A model generated the notes under the pieces. That model had not been told where the DNA came from, ran no database searches, and saw nothing but the letters and a program-made list of their open reading frames with translations. This document shows positions 1 to 10,097 of a stretch of DNA of 64,000 nt, piece after piece; the first letter of the stretch is position 1, and every line of letters starts with the position of its first letter. The position numbers were made by a program, and so were the translations under genes. Source of the DNA: Planctomycetota bacterium (lineage in GTDB: Bacteria > Planctomycetota > PLA2 > JAEUHO01); the NCBI GenBank assembly GCA_965223505.1, contig CBDCWP010000040.1, positions 64,001-128,000 on the forward strand. Direction: 5' to 3'.

Positions 1-163
1 GGGCCGCTTGCGCTTTCGGGGCGCGATCGACGACGACCTGTACGAGCCCACCGTCTCGTACGTGCACCGTGCGATCGACGGGATTCTGTCCGGCGCGACG
101 TTCGAGCCCACCGAGGCGAAACCGTACGGCTGCCTCTACCCGTACTCGCCACAGTAGCGCCTG

Positions 164-973
164 CTATTCGACGGCGATCAGCTCGACCACGAACGTCAGG
201 TCCGAATACGGCGGGATGTTCCCCTTGTCCTGCTCGCGATAGGCCAGATGCCACGGAATCCAGAGCTTGCGGGTGCCTCCGACCTTCATGCCGGGGATCC
301 CCAACACCCAGCCGTCGATGAGCCCGCCCTTCTTCAGCGTCGACGTGAACGGCGCGTCTCGCTTGTAGCTCGAGTCGAAGACCGTCCCGTCTGCGAGCTT
401 GCCGAGATAGTGAACGGTGATCTTGTCACCGACCTTCGCCACGTCACCGACACCGACGCGTATGTCTTCGCGTTCGAGCTGAACCCACTCGACGTCGATG
501 ATCATGTTGCCGCCCGGCGAATTCTTGTCGCGGCGAAGGTTGCCGCGGTTGAGCTCCGCGGGGATCAGCAGCCGGCGCAGCTCACGCAGGCGGGCCCCCT
601 CCATGCCCTCGCTCAGACCCTTGATCCAACGCGACCCGCCGGGCACGAAGTTCGCGACGGCGGCGCGGTCGACGCGCAGCCCGGTCACGAAGTAGGCCGC
701 GTAACGGATGTTCATGGCGCGGCCCTTCCCGATCGGTTCGCCCTTGCCCGGGGTCATGACGTGCACGTGCGCGCCGCTCGGCGTCACGAACTTGCGCAGC
801 GGCTCGCCCAGGTCGGGCACGTTGGCGAGATTCCAGGTGCCGGGATCGCTGCTCGCCGCCGGATCGATCGGCGCATCGGGAAGGCCGCTCGGTTCCGTCT
901 CGCTCTCCTCCGAGCAGGCAACGAGCAGAACCGCGAAGACGACGGGCAGGAGGATTCGCACGTGCGGGATCAT
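164..973 (-). CDS. FKBP-type peptidyl-prolyl cis-trans isomerase, two FKBP domains, probable lipoprotein
   Basis: Lipobox-like LLVAC; C-terminal FKBP motifs VHYLGKLADGTVFDSS, LIDGW, GMKVGGTRKLWIP, IPPYSDLTFVVEL; a degenerate FKBP copy upstream. Confidence 0.92.
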   Translation of the reverse strand: MIPHVRILLPVVFAVLLVACSEESETEPSGLPDAPIDPAASSDPGTWNLANVPDLGEPLRKFVTPSGAHVHVMTPGKGEPIGKGRAMNIRYAAYFVTGLRVDRAAVANFVPGGSRWIKGLSEGMEGARLRELRRLLIPAELNRGNLRRDKNSPGGNMIIDVEWVQLEREDIRVGVGDVAKVGDKITVHYLGKLADGTVFDSSYKRDAPFTSTLKKGGLIDGWVLGIPGMKVGGTRKLWIPWHLAYREQDKGNIPPYSDLTFVVELIAVE

Positions 974-2001
974 GCCGCCCCCTGCTCACCGAGGGAAGCG
1001 ACCACGGCGTCCTCCGCTTCGTAGTCGAACATGCCCTCGGGAATCGGATCCGGCGGGTTTTCGCGCTCCCATGCCACGGTGCGGCAAAACGCCTCTCGGC
1101 GATCGACGGGCTCGACGAATCCGAGCTCGGCGCGAATCCGATCGGTGGAGCAGACGAGGTGGTGGCGCACGTCGAACGACGCCTGCAGCGACTTCGGAAG
1201 CGCTTCCTTGGGGAGGCAGACGAGCTCGCCGCTCCAGTCCAGTTCGCGCTGTACGTAGCGAACGGCGTCCATCATGGTGATCGAGCCGTCGGCGACGTTG
1301 TAGATGCCGCCCGCCGCGCGCTCGTCCGTACACGCCAGCGCCATGGCCGCCGCGACGTTCTCGACGAAGCCGTAGGTGAAGTTCCATCGGGCGAAACCGG
1401 TCTGCATCACGATGTGCGGTCGGTTGTCGAGCATCGGCCGAATGAAGGGATACAGCCGGTGTTGGTAGTCGTTCGGACCGATGACCATCGGCAGCCGCAG
1501 GACCGTGCCGGAGAGATCGCCGCACTGCATCACCGCGCGCTCGGCCGGGATCTTGTCGTATTGATAGCGGGGGTCTTCGGGACCTTCCGCATCGTCGCGA
1601 TACGGGAACCAACGCTCGCGCAGCGGTCCGTCCTCGGCGACGACCTCGTCGCGCGGCTCGCCGCTCTCCAGGCCGAGAAGGCAGCCGAACGTGTGGTACA
1701 CATCCATGCTGCTGACCATGACGACGCGCTGAGCGACACCACGAAACGCGTCGAGCATCTGCAGCGCGTGATGCTCGGTGCTGATGACGTTGTGCAGGAC
1801 GACGTCGGGCGCGAGCTTCTCGAAGTCGGGTCGGTTTTCAGTCAGCCGGCCGCGATCGACGCGCAGGAAGTCGACGCCTTCGGGCGGGGTGCCGTTGCTC
1901 TGGCCGCGGTTCGCAATCGTCACGTCGTGGCCGAGGTCGACGAGTCGTCGCACGAGAGCCGTGCCGATGAACTTCGTCCCGCCGATGACGAGAATCTTCA
2001 T
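970..2001 (-). CDS. NAD-dependent epimerase/dehydratase (atypical SDR)
   Basis: N-terminal Rossmann motif ILVIGGTKFIG; SSMDVY; YDKIPAE; 4-bp overlap with the FKBP gene. Confidence 0.88.
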   Translation of the reverse strand: MKILVIGGTKFIGTALVRRLVDLGHDVTIANRGQSNGTPPEGVDFLRVDRGRLTENRPDFEKLAPDVVLHNVISTEHHALQMLDAFRGVAQRVVMVSSMDVYHTFGCLLGLESGEPRDEVVAEDGPLRERWFPYRDDAEGPEDPRYQYDKIPAERAVMQCGDLSGTVLRLPMVIGPNDYQHRLYPFIRPMLDNRPHIVMQTGFARWNFTYGFVENVAAAMALACTDERAAGGIYNVADGSITMMDAVRYVQRELDWSGELVCLPKEALPKSLQASFDVRHHLVCSTDRIRAELGFVEPVDRREAFCRTVAWERENPPDPIPEGMFDYEAEDAVVASLGEQGAA

Positions 2002-2103
2002 GCGCCGCTTCCGCCGTGTTCGCCGTGCCCGCTTCGATCGTACGACCGATTCGCGCGGTGAACAGGGCCGCGACCGGCGTAGAGGCGGTCGAGGCGCGCG
2101 AGC

Positions 2104-3612
2104 TCAGCGGCGGTGAAACTCGTCGACGCTGACGACTTCGCCGTTCACCTCGACGGCCTGCAAGCCGGTCTGCTCCCACTCGGGCGCGTCGGCTGCCTGG
2201 GCGAAGAGGACGTACTGGCGGCGCACCTCGTCCGGCGCGTCGCGCGCGGCGGCGCCCGTGCGCACGGTCTCGTACACGGCGCAGTCACGCCATCGAAGCC
2301 CCCGCTGGTCCATGAGCTGCTCGAGCCGCGACACCACGGGCGACGGCTCGGAGCGCGCCGCCTGCGGAACGCTGTACGCGGCGTTGGCCAGCAGGTTCCG
2401 GCCGGCCTCCACCAGGGTCGACCGGCGGTCTGAGCGGCCTTCCGCTGGATCCGCCTGCGTGTCGCCCCGCGTCGCGCCGGGCGCGAGCACGGCCACGGGA
2501 TGAATCGAGGGGTCCCCGAGCACGTTGAACTGCCCGATCGTGGTCAGGTCGAACGGCCCCATGTCGGGCCGCAGCTTCACGTAGTCGTGGCGGGCTTGGA
2601 GGAGCGCGCGTCCCTGCGAACAACCGTCGAGCAGGTACTTCAGGACGAGCTGGCAGATGAGATCGGCGCCTGCTGTGCCGTTGGGCGTCCCCCACGCGAC
2701 GGTCGTCGACCCCATGAAGCCGTAGGCGCCCGCCGCCAGGTAGGCGTTGGGCATCGGCAACGGACCGGAGCCCAACACCGGGTAGAGCTGCGTCCCGTGA
2801 CAGCACTCGGTGATCACCATCGTGCCGGGCTGCGCTTCGTCGATGACGAGCGTCGCGTCGTGGGCGATCGGCGGCGCCGGGGGCCGCTCCGCGGCCTCGC
2901 CGATGAACTTCGGCGACCCCTGTTGCCCGTGGCAGTTGATGTAGTGAAGCCGCTTCTTCCAGACCTTCTGCTCCCACTGCGGCCCGTCCGGTGGCGAAAG
3001 CCGGAAGTCGCCGACGCTCTGCGCCGTCTTCTCCAGACTGGCCTTCGTGGACGCCTTCCAGACGTCCGCGCTCACGGTGAACGCGTCGGAGTACACGTCA
3101 CGGTCGTCCGGTGACCACTCCGCACACGTGCCGAGCAGCTTCAAGATGTACTCGACGTCCTTCCTGGCGTTGACGTCCGGCAGACGGGTGACGACGCGCG
3201 TCGGGCCCAGGAAGTCGTGGATCTTCGTCGAGTACGGGGCGTTGCAGGCGTACGGCAGGTCGCTCAACACGATCTTGGATGCGGCCTTCTGGTCGAGAAG
3301 CACGTTCTCGAGCTCCTGGTACGGAACGACGTCCGGCGCACCCAGCAGCATGAGGTAGTCGGGCTCCATGGTGGCGGCGGCGGCGTCCACCGCGTTCTTG
3401 ACCTGCTTCGGCGACGAGCTGTCCGAGATCGGCTCCAGGGAGACGCCCGCCAGCGTCCTGGCATCGTCGAGCGCGATGAAGCGTGTTGTCAGGCCGCGCT
3501 CCTTGTCGGCCAGGACGAGGGCCTTTACAGCGCCGAGGACCCTCTCGTACCCTTCGTCCCCGTACTTCGTTCGCAGTGGACCTGCGTTGGTGATGATCAA
3601 CTTGATCGACAT
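2104..3612 (-). CDS. Peptidase C25 (gingipain-like, caspase-fold) cysteine protease
   Basis: Start reassigned to ATG 3612 (MSIKLIIT); YLMLLGAPDVVP, SDLPY, TRLP, catalytic-like YINCHG and TECCHG, FNVLGDPS; no signal peptide. Confidence 0.75.
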   Translation of the reverse strand: MSIKLIITNAGPLRTKYGDEGYERVLGAVKALVLADKERGLTTRFIALDDARTLAGVSLEPISDSSSPKQVKNAVDAAAATMEPDYLMLLGAPDVVPYQELENVLLDQKAASKIVLSDLPYACNAPYSTKIHDFLGPTRVVTRLPDVNARKDVEYILKLLGTCAEWSPDDRDVYSDAFTVSADVWKASTKASLEKTAQSVGDFRLSPPDGPQWEQKVWKKRLHYINCHGQQGSPKFIGEAAERPPAPPIAHDATLVIDEAQPGTMVITECCHGTQLYPVLGSGPLPMPNAYLAAGAYGFMGSTTVAWGTPNGTAGADLICQLVLKYLLDGCSQGRALLQARHDYVKLRPDMGPFDLTTIGQFNVLGDPSIHPVAVLAPGATRGDTQADPAEGRSDRRSTLVEAGRNLLANAAYSVPQAARSEPSPVVSRLEQLMDQRGLRWRDCAVYETVRTGAAARDAPDEVRRQYVLFAQAADAPEWEQTGLQAVEVNGEVVSVDEFHRR

Positions 3613-3795
3613 CGGGGAGCTCCAAGGAGTGCGAAGGTAGGGGAAACACCCATTGGAGAACAAGTCTCCTCGCTCCGACGCAGTCGGGTGAAATGCGGTA
3701 GATCGCATTCCGCCCGATGCACTGTCGGCACGAGGCCCGACTCGCGGTGCGAGCGCGTGACGCGTCCGTATCGCGCTCCACCTCTGGAGAATCGA

Positions 3796-4152
3796 ATGTC
3801 TGATTTCACACCCAAGGACGCGCCGAACTTCGGTGGGCTCGACTACGAAGATGCCGAAAGCCGGCCGGCCGACAGAGTGATCTTGAGGATCCCGCCCGAC
3901 AACATGGTGCCCGTCGGCCAGGACGTGCAGCCGGGACAGACGGCGAGCGCTCAGCCGAACCAAGAGAACGTCTTGGGGTTCGAGCTGTTCGTGGAGAAGC
4001 AGGGATCGTGGACGAAGTTCACCGCCCAGTCGCAGGCGCCGATCGAGTTCTCGAGCGTTCACGACATGGGCGAGCAGGCTCAGATCGTGATCAACGGCGG
4101 CCCGCCCCAGCCGGTGCCGGCCGAACCCACACCCCCGCCCCCGGGCATTTAA
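3796..4152 (+). CDS. Hypothetical acidic 118-aa protein with Pro-rich tail
   Basis: GGAGA RBS before ATG 3796; MSDFTPKDAPNFGG...PAEPTPPPPGI; coding-like codon usage. Confidence 0.65.
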   Translation: MSDFTPKDAPNFGGLDYEDAESRPADRVILRIPPDNMVPVGQDVQPGQTASAQPNQENVLGFELFVEKQGSWTKFTAQSQAPIEFSSVHDMGEQAQIVINGGPPQPVPAEPTPPPPGI

Positions 4153-4207
4153 TCGACCCGAGGCGCCCTCGCACCCGCGGGGGCGCCCGGATATCAGGTA
4201 CGGAAGC

Positions 4208-7198
4208 ATGCGCGCGAAACTCCTGTTGCTCTTGGCGTTCGCGCTGCTGATTCCGGCTGCTCCAAGCGCCTCGGCGGACGAGAAGTACGACACGATCGCG
4301 GACGCGATCCAGGGCTACCTCGCAGACGAGACGGACGGCGAGCGCAATTTCTCGACCCTGATGGAGCGCTTGCCCGTAACGGTCGACCCGTGGCTGGTGG
4401 CGTTCACGCTCGTCGGCCGGTCCGACATGGAGGCCGCTTCGGCCTACGCCGAGCGCGTATCAGGCGTTGAGGGTGACAAGCTGCGCGCCAGCGTTCGCGC
4501 CGCGACGCCGACGATGGCGAAGGATGCGAGGGACATCCTCGATGCCTACCTCAGCGGCCGGGCCAGTGTCGAGACGATCAAGCAGCTCGACTCGGCGAAC
4601 GCGCACGCCCACGCGTTCCTGGACGCGGCGCGCACGGTCTTCAAGGGATACGCCTTGGCTCACCTGCAACGATGGGACGAAGCGGAGCGCGCGCTCAAGA
4701 CCGGAGCGACGCTGGCGAAGACCGTGGGATGGTTCCGGGGGACCGTCGGCGCGCTTACGAGTGCTGCGCGTTGCGCGCGGCGACTGGGCAAGATGCGGGC
4801 GAACCTGCACCACTTGACGCGTCTTCACGAAGAGTACGTCAGGGCACGCTGGGATCGCGACGCAACGCGCACGCTCGGATTCGTCGCCAACGCTCACGCG
4901 GACGTGGGCCACTTCGCGGGCGCAATCGAGAAGATGGAAGCGGCACTCGCGCAGTTCGAGCACCTGGGTGGAGCCAACCATGCGGTCGCCTTGGCCAACT
5001 TCGGCGTCATACTCAATCGCGCCGGCAACTACGCGCGCGCGTTGACGGTGCTCGAGGAAGCGGAGGCGCTCGAAGACGACAAACTGCGAACCGCCTCGAT
5101 CATTCGTGAGATGGCCGCCGCGCGCAGCCGGCTCGCGCATCACGCCGAAGCAAAGCGACTCATCGGCGTGGCACTTCGACTAGCGACCGAGGAGGCGAAG
5201 AAGCAGACACCCGTCGGCCGCCGTCACCTCACCACAATGGCGCGCGCCCAGGGCGACCGCGGTTCGATCTACGCGCGAGCAGGCGAGCTCGACGAGGCCG
5301 AGGCGGCGGCGCTTGAAGCGGAAAAGCTCTACAAGGCCCTGGACGACCCGGGTGGCGCCGCGCTCGTGAAAGTCCTGCGGTCGTCCATCTTGCGCGAGGC
5401 GAACGAGCCGGCGGCCGCGTTGCGCGCCGCGGTCGAGGCGCGCGACGTACTCGAGGATCTGGAGAATCCGTACGGGGTGGCGTCGGCGCTCGATGAGATC
5501 AGCCAGAATCAGCTAGCTGTCGGCGCGCTGGACGAAGCCGACGCGACCATCGACGAAGTCTTGAAGCTCGCTGTCTCGCCGCTGCTGCGCGCGCAGGCCC
5601 TTTCGCGCAGGGCACGCATCGAGCTCGCGCGCGGACGTGACAAAGCGGCCGAGAAGCCGGCCCTCCAGGCCGTCGAGCTCCTGGCGCGCGCCTTCGTCGG
5701 CGTCGGCAATCTGTACGGCGCGATCGCCCGAGAAGAGCAGGCGACGATCTACGAAACCGCGATGGTGGTCTGCACCCGGCTCTCGAACACCGAGCAGGCG
5801 CTCCGCGTCCTCGAGCGTGCACGCGCCGGAGCGTTCTTCGAGAGTCTCGACGGCCGCGATCGGCTCCGGAACGCAACCGTCGATCGCACGATACGGGAAC
5901 TGCTCGACAAAGCGGCATTCGACGAAGCGATGGCTCGCGCGGCGCTTCAGGAGGCTCGGGCGGAGGGCCGACTGGCCTCCATCAGGCGAGCCCGCGAGGA
6001 GCTCGAGCAACGCAAGGCCGAGTTCGAGACGCTGGTGGAACGCGCGCAGCGAAGTGCCAAGGTCGCCGCGGGTCTGCTCTACCCTCCCAAGACGGCCACG
6101 CTGCGCAGCCTTCAGTCGCAGCTCGCACCGGGCGACGTGATGCTGCTCTACGCGTTCTTCGGCGAGCGCGCGTTCCTGCTCCCGCTCCGCCGGAAGGACG
6201 ACGCAACGACGGCGTTGACGGTGCTCTGGGAGAAGACGTCCTACATCCGGACGCTCTGTGAAGCGTTCAACGTGCGCGACGCCAATCACGATCCGGAACT
6301 GGTCGCGGAGCTACGCAAGGTGTTGGCCATCGACGTGCACGAAAAGACGAAGGGCACCAAACGGCTCATCGTTTCCGTGAACGGGCCGTTGACGGGCATG
6401 CCGTTCAGCCTGCTGACCGACCGCGAGGTCTGCTACGTACCCTCCGCAACGACGTACGACTTCCTCGCGCGCAATCGGACTCCGGCCGGCTCCCAGGTCC
6501 TGGCGCTCGGCGACCCGGTCTACGCGACGAGCGACACCGTCGACGAGTTCGTTCCCTCCAAGTACCGCGGGACGCAGCGTGATTCCCTGTTCGCCCCCCT
6601 ACCAAGAAGCAGAGAGGAGGCCGACAAGGTCGGCGACGTCAAGCTCTTCGGGAAGGACGCGACGGAAGAGAACCTCCGGAAGAAGCTCAAGCAACAGTGG
6701 CGCGCGGTTCACCTGGCTTGTCACGGCGTCATGGATCGCGAGCGGCCGATGTACTCGGCGCTGGCGCTCACCACGCAGGAGATCGAGAGCGGCTACGACG
6801 GCTTTCTGACATCGCACGAGATCTTCCAGCTCGACCTTCAGACGGACCTTGTCGTGCTGTCGGCGTGCGAGACGGCGTTGGGACGGGTCTACAAAGGAGA
6901 GGGACTTCACGGACTCCCTCGCGCGTTCATGTACGCCGGTGCTCCGCAAGTGTTGGTCAGCTTGTGGAAGGTGGACGACGCGGCGACCAGCGTTCTCATG
7001 ATCCGCTTCCACTCGCTCTGGAACCCCAGGGACAAGACGGCCAAGCGGATGTCGACGACGGCGGCACTCAAGGCGGCACAGCAGTATGTTCGCGAGTTCG
7101 AGATCGAGGTCGAGGAGGAAGGCGGCAAGAAGAAGACCAAGCCCTGGGCTCACCCCAAGTACTGGGCCGCGTGGCAGCTGTGGGGTTTGCCGGACTAG
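4208..7198 (+). CDS. Secreted TPR + CHAT-domain (caspase-like) protease
   Basis: Signal peptide (..APSASA); TPR-like helices; CHAT motifs VHLACHG, LVVLSACETALG, SLWKVDD, HPKYWAAW. Confidence 0.9.
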   Translation: MRAKLLLLLAFALLIPAAPSASADEKYDTIADAIQGYLADETDGERNFSTLMERLPVTVDPWLVAFTLVGRSDMEAASAYAERVSGVEGDKLRASVRAATPTMAKDARDILDAYLSGRASVETIKQLDSANAHAHAFLDAARTVFKGYALAHLQRWDEAERALKTGATLAKTVGWFRGTVGALTSAARCARRLGKMRANLHHLTRLHEEYVRARWDRDATRTLGFVANAHADVGHFAGAIEKMEAALAQFEHLGGANHAVALANFGVILNRAGNYARALTVLEEAEALEDDKLRTASIIREMAAARSRLAHHAEAKRLIGVALRLATEEAKKQTPVGRRHLTTMARAQGDRGSIYARAGELDEAEAAALEAEKLYKALDDPGGAALVKVLRSSILREANEPAAALRAAVEARDVLEDLENPYGVASALDEISQNQLAVGALDEADATIDEVLKLAVSPLLRAQALSRRARIELARGRDKAAEKPALQAVELLARAFVGVGNLYGAIAREEQATIYETAMVVCTRLSNTEQALRVLERARAGAFFESLDGRDRLRNATVDRTIRELLDKAAFDEAMARAALQEARAEGRLASIRRAREELEQRKAEFETLVERAQRSAKVAAGLLYPPKTATLRSLQSQLAPGDVMLLYAFFGERAFLLPLRRKDDATTALTVLWEKTSYIRTLCEAFNVRDANHDPELVAELRKVLAIDVHEKTKGTKRLIVSVNGPLTGMPFSLLTDREVCYVPSATTYDFLARNRTPAGSQVLALGDPVYATSDTVDEFVPSKYRGTQRDSLFAPLPRSREEADKVGDVKLFGKDATEENLRKKLKQQWRAVHLACHGVMDRERPMYSALALTTQEIESGYDGFLTSHEIFQLDLQTDLVVLSACETALGRVYKGEGLHGLPRAFMYAGAPQVLVSLWKVDDAATSVLMIRFHSLWNPRDKTAKRMSTTAALKAAQQYVREFEIEVEEEGGKKKTKPWAHPKYWAAWQLWGLPD

Positions 7199-7233
7199 GC
7201 GAGAGTGCCGCTGCTGCGCACGGCCCCTCGGCG

Positions 7234-9129
7234 CTACTTGCCCACGCGCACGACGTCGACGACGACGTCCTTCGTCTCCCCGGCAACGAGCTCGACCTTC
7301 AGGTCGTCGGGCTTCTCGAACTCGTCGGGATGCTTGAACTTCAACGTCCACGTGCCCGGCGGCAGTCCCTCGACGGGAATCTCGTCGCCTCGCGCGCCGA
7401 ACCCCTTCCCCATGCCGGGCGAGGACGCCCACACGCGGAAGCCCTGCGCGGACACGGGCCGGTCGTTCGATTGGAACCGGATCCGCGCCGCGGCGCCCTG
7501 CCGTAGCTCGACGACCGTCGTGCCGTCGCTTCCCGCACCGATGTCGATATCGTCGGTTCGCGGAACGAAGCCGGGCGCCTCGCAGCGCAACCGGACGGTG
7601 CCGGGCGCGACGCGGAACGAGAACGCGTCGGGGCTGTCACGCTGCGCCACCTCCCAGCGCCACGTGGCCGTGCCCTCCGCCATGCCGGCGAACTTGCACA
7701 CGGACCGCGGCACGGCGGCGCCGGTCTCGTCGACGATTCGCACCTTGTGGCCGACCGGCATGGGCACGACCAGGTGGATCTCCTCGCCGGGCCGGTGCTC
7801 GACGCGGACTCGCCACGCCGCGCCGCGCACCCAAGCCGCGTAGCTGCCGGCCGGCAACGGGTCCGTCTCGAACGCCCACGGCTTGCCGGCGTCCAAGACC
7901 TCGATGCGCGCCCTGCCGTAGTGCCCGGCGGTGACGCCGTCCTGCACGCCGGCGAATGAGAGAAACGACTCGATGGGGCCCCACTCGGCGGGAATCGTGA
8001 GCGTGCCGACCAGGGGGGCCTTTTCGACGCGCCTGCCGACCTCGAGCTCGATCGTCAACGGTACGACGCGACTACGCACGATCTCGGCGCGGCCGCTGCC
8101 GTAGACCTTGTCGATGAGGAATCCGCCCCGGCGTGCGACGAAGAAGGTCAGGCTCCCCTCCGGCAATCCCTCGATGCGAATCTGACCGCGGTCGCTGGCG
8201 GCCGGCGACGAGCCCGCCACGCCGTGTCGCTCCACATGCTCACGCACGTCCGCGAGGAGCACGGGTCGGTCGACGTCGTGCCAGCCGCGGATGAGCAGGT
8301 CCACACCCCCACCGGGTCCGAGGCCGACCTCGATCGGCGCCTCGGTGGTCGTGTCGTGCCGGATGACGAAGTGGCGCCACGCGTACCCCTCCGCGCGGAA
8401 GAACCACTGCGACACACCGACGCCCGGCGGAATCTCGATGAGACCGTCGACGTTCGGGTGAACGCGCTCACCCCTGAGGGTGTACTCGTCCGGCATGCGC
8501 AGTCCGGGACTGCCGCTGCCGCCGATCGGCCAGCCGCCCGACGCGGACTTCAACGCGTGCGCATCGGCGAGCACGGCGCGTGTCTCCGCATCGACGACGC
8601 GCACATGAATGGCGTTGCCGCGCCGCAGAACGATCTCATTGGATGCGCCGGCGCGCAGATCGAACACCGACTGCGTCGGCGCGAACTCGCCTTCGTCGGT
8701 CGTGACGCGTTCGATCTCGTGCGGTCCGGCACCGATCCGCGGCCCCGCGAACACACCGTCCTTTCCCTCGAAGCGATTCCCGCCCCGCCCCCCGCGTGCG
8801 ATGTGTCGATAGACCATGAAGCTCACGGTCTTCGGCTTCGTCCCGTCTTCGAATCGAATCGTCCCGAAGATGCCGTCCCTGGGTCGGTCGGGCGCCTGAG
8901 ACGTCGTCTTGGATTCGGCAGTGGCCGCGTCCGGCTGCGGGCGCTCGGCCGTTCGGGGCTCTGAGCCCTCGAGCGCGGTGCCATCGAGCGCGGGGCGTTC
9001 GTGCGGCGTCACGACGTCTTGCGTTCGCGTCGGATGAGGCTCGGGGCCGGCGCCGGCGCGCTGCCAAAGCCAGATGCAGACGCCGACGAGCACCAGGAGG
9101 GCCAACGCGAGGACGACGCTCTTCCGCAT
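7234..9129 (-). CDS. Membrane-anchored protein with carboxypeptidase-regulatory-like (CnaB-type) beta domains
   Basis: Start MRKSVVLAL at 9129; N-terminal TM, P/E/T linker, repeated 'V..VD..TG.' and 'EGLP.G' beta modules. Confidence 0.65.
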   Translation of the reverse strand: MRKSVVLALALLVLVGVCIWLWQRAGAGPEPHPTRTQDVVTPHERPALDGTALEGSEPRTAERPQPDAATAESKTTSQAPDRPRDGIFGTIRFEDGTKPKTVSFMVYRHIARGGRGGNRFEGKDGVFAGPRIGAGPHEIERVTTDEGEFAPTQSVFDLRAGASNEIVLRRGNAIHVRVVDAETRAVLADAHALKSASGGWPIGGSGSPGLRMPDEYTLRGERVHPNVDGLIEIPPGVGVSQWFFRAEGYAWRHFVIRHDTTTEAPIEVGLGPGGGVDLLIRGWHDVDRPVLLADVREHVERHGVAGSSPAASDRGQIRIEGLPEGSLTFFVARRGGFLIDKVYGSGRAEIVRSRVVPLTIELEVGRRVEKAPLVGTLTIPAEWGPIESFLSFAGVQDGVTAGHYGRARIEVLDAGKPWAFETDPLPAGSYAAWVRGAAWRVRVEHRPGEEIHLVVPMPVGHKVRIVDETGAAVPRSVCKFAGMAEGTATWRWEVAQRDSPDAFSFRVAPGTVRLRCEAPGFVPRTDDIDIGAGSDGTTVVELRQGAAARIRFQSNDRPVSAQGFRVWASSPGMGKGFGARGDEIPVEGLPPGTWTLKFKHPDEFEKPDDLKVELVAGETKDVVVDVVRVGK

Positions 9130-9173
9130 GAGAGGCGCAGGATACCGCGTTGCTTGACCTAGAATCGTGGCCG

Positions 9174-10097
9174 ATGACGAAGTCCTCCGACCAACCTGAC
9201 GCCGCATCCGAGGGCCTGTCCATCGGCGGCGTCGCCGCTGCGACGGGCCTGTCGACCGAGACGCTTCGCATCTGGGAGCGGCGCTACGGCAAGCCCGTCC
9301 CCGTTCGCCTTCCGAGCGGCCACCGGCGCTACACCGCCGAACAGGTTCGCTGGCTTCGACGTGTCGCCAGCGCTCTTGCGATGGGCAACCGGCCCCTTCA
9401 AATCATGAAGCTGGACGACGCGCAGCTCGACGCGCTTCTCGGGAAACGTACGGCGAGCAAGCCTCGCAGCGCCACGACCGCCTGGGTCAAGATGATCGCT
9501 TCGTTCAAGGGTGAAGCGCTGGTCGAAGCCCTGCGCGACGTGTGGGCCAACAACGACCCGCTCACGTTCCTCGAAGACCACGTCGCGCCGTTCATCGACT
9601 CGATCGGCCGCGCCTGGGCGGACGGCGACATCGAGGTTCGGCACGAGCACTTTGCGGCGGAGCTCGTGGAACACGTGATCCGCAGGTTTCGCAACGAGAT
9701 CGGCACGCCGGCCCGTCGGCCTGCCGTCGTGCTCACGACGCTGCCGGGAGAACGCCACGGCCTCGGCATTCAGATGGCCGCGCTCCTGTGTGCGGCGAAC
9801 CGGGTTCCCGTCAGCGTCCTGGGCGTCGACACGCCGCTCGACGACACGGCCCGGGCCGCCGGCGAGCTCGCGCCGAAGATTCTCGGGATCAGCGTGTCCC
9901 TTGCGACGGGCGGCGTCGAGACGGACCGGACGCTGGCGGCTCTACGCGGCACGATGCCGAGCGACGTCCGACTGGTCGTCGGCGGCGAGGGCGCGCGCGG
10001 TGTCCGCCGCGGCCCGCGCGGCGTCGAGTACATGACGCAGCTCGCCGTTTGGGACGAAGCCATGCGAGACCTGAAGACGAGGCGGCGGTCGGCCTAG
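9174..10097 (+). CDS. MerR-family B12-binding transcriptional regulator (CarH-like), paralog 1
   Basis: RIWERRYG and GHRRY MerR HTH; W-x9-EH (WADGDIEVRHEH); ExHxxG (ERHGLG); C-terminal VGG. Confidence 0.88.
   Translation: MTKSSDQPDAASEGLSIGGVAAATGLSTETLRIWERRYGKPVPVRLPSGHRRYTAEQVRWLRRVASALAMGNRPLQIMKLDDAQLDALLGKRTASKPRSATTAWVKMIASFKGEALVEALRDVWANNDPLTFLEDHVAPFIDSIGRAWADGDIEVRHEHFAAELVEHVIRRFRNEIGTPARRPAVVLTTLPGERHGLGIQMAALLCAANRVPVSVLGVDTPLDDTARAAGELAPKILGISVSLATGGVETDRTLAALRGTMPSDVRLVVGGEGARGVRRGPRGVEYMTQLAVWDEAMRDLKTRRRSA

Noticed and set aside
4162..4187. GC hairpin between the small ORF and the CHAT gene as a terminator
   Set aside because: No U-tract, and such stems arise easily by chance at this GC content
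3613..4293. N-terminal extension of the C25 ORF, and likewise the extensions of 40479..43304, 20345..23617, 13530..15632 and 14882..17584
   Set aside because: They overlap better-supported genes; internal starts with RBS, signal peptide or stop-start coupling fit better
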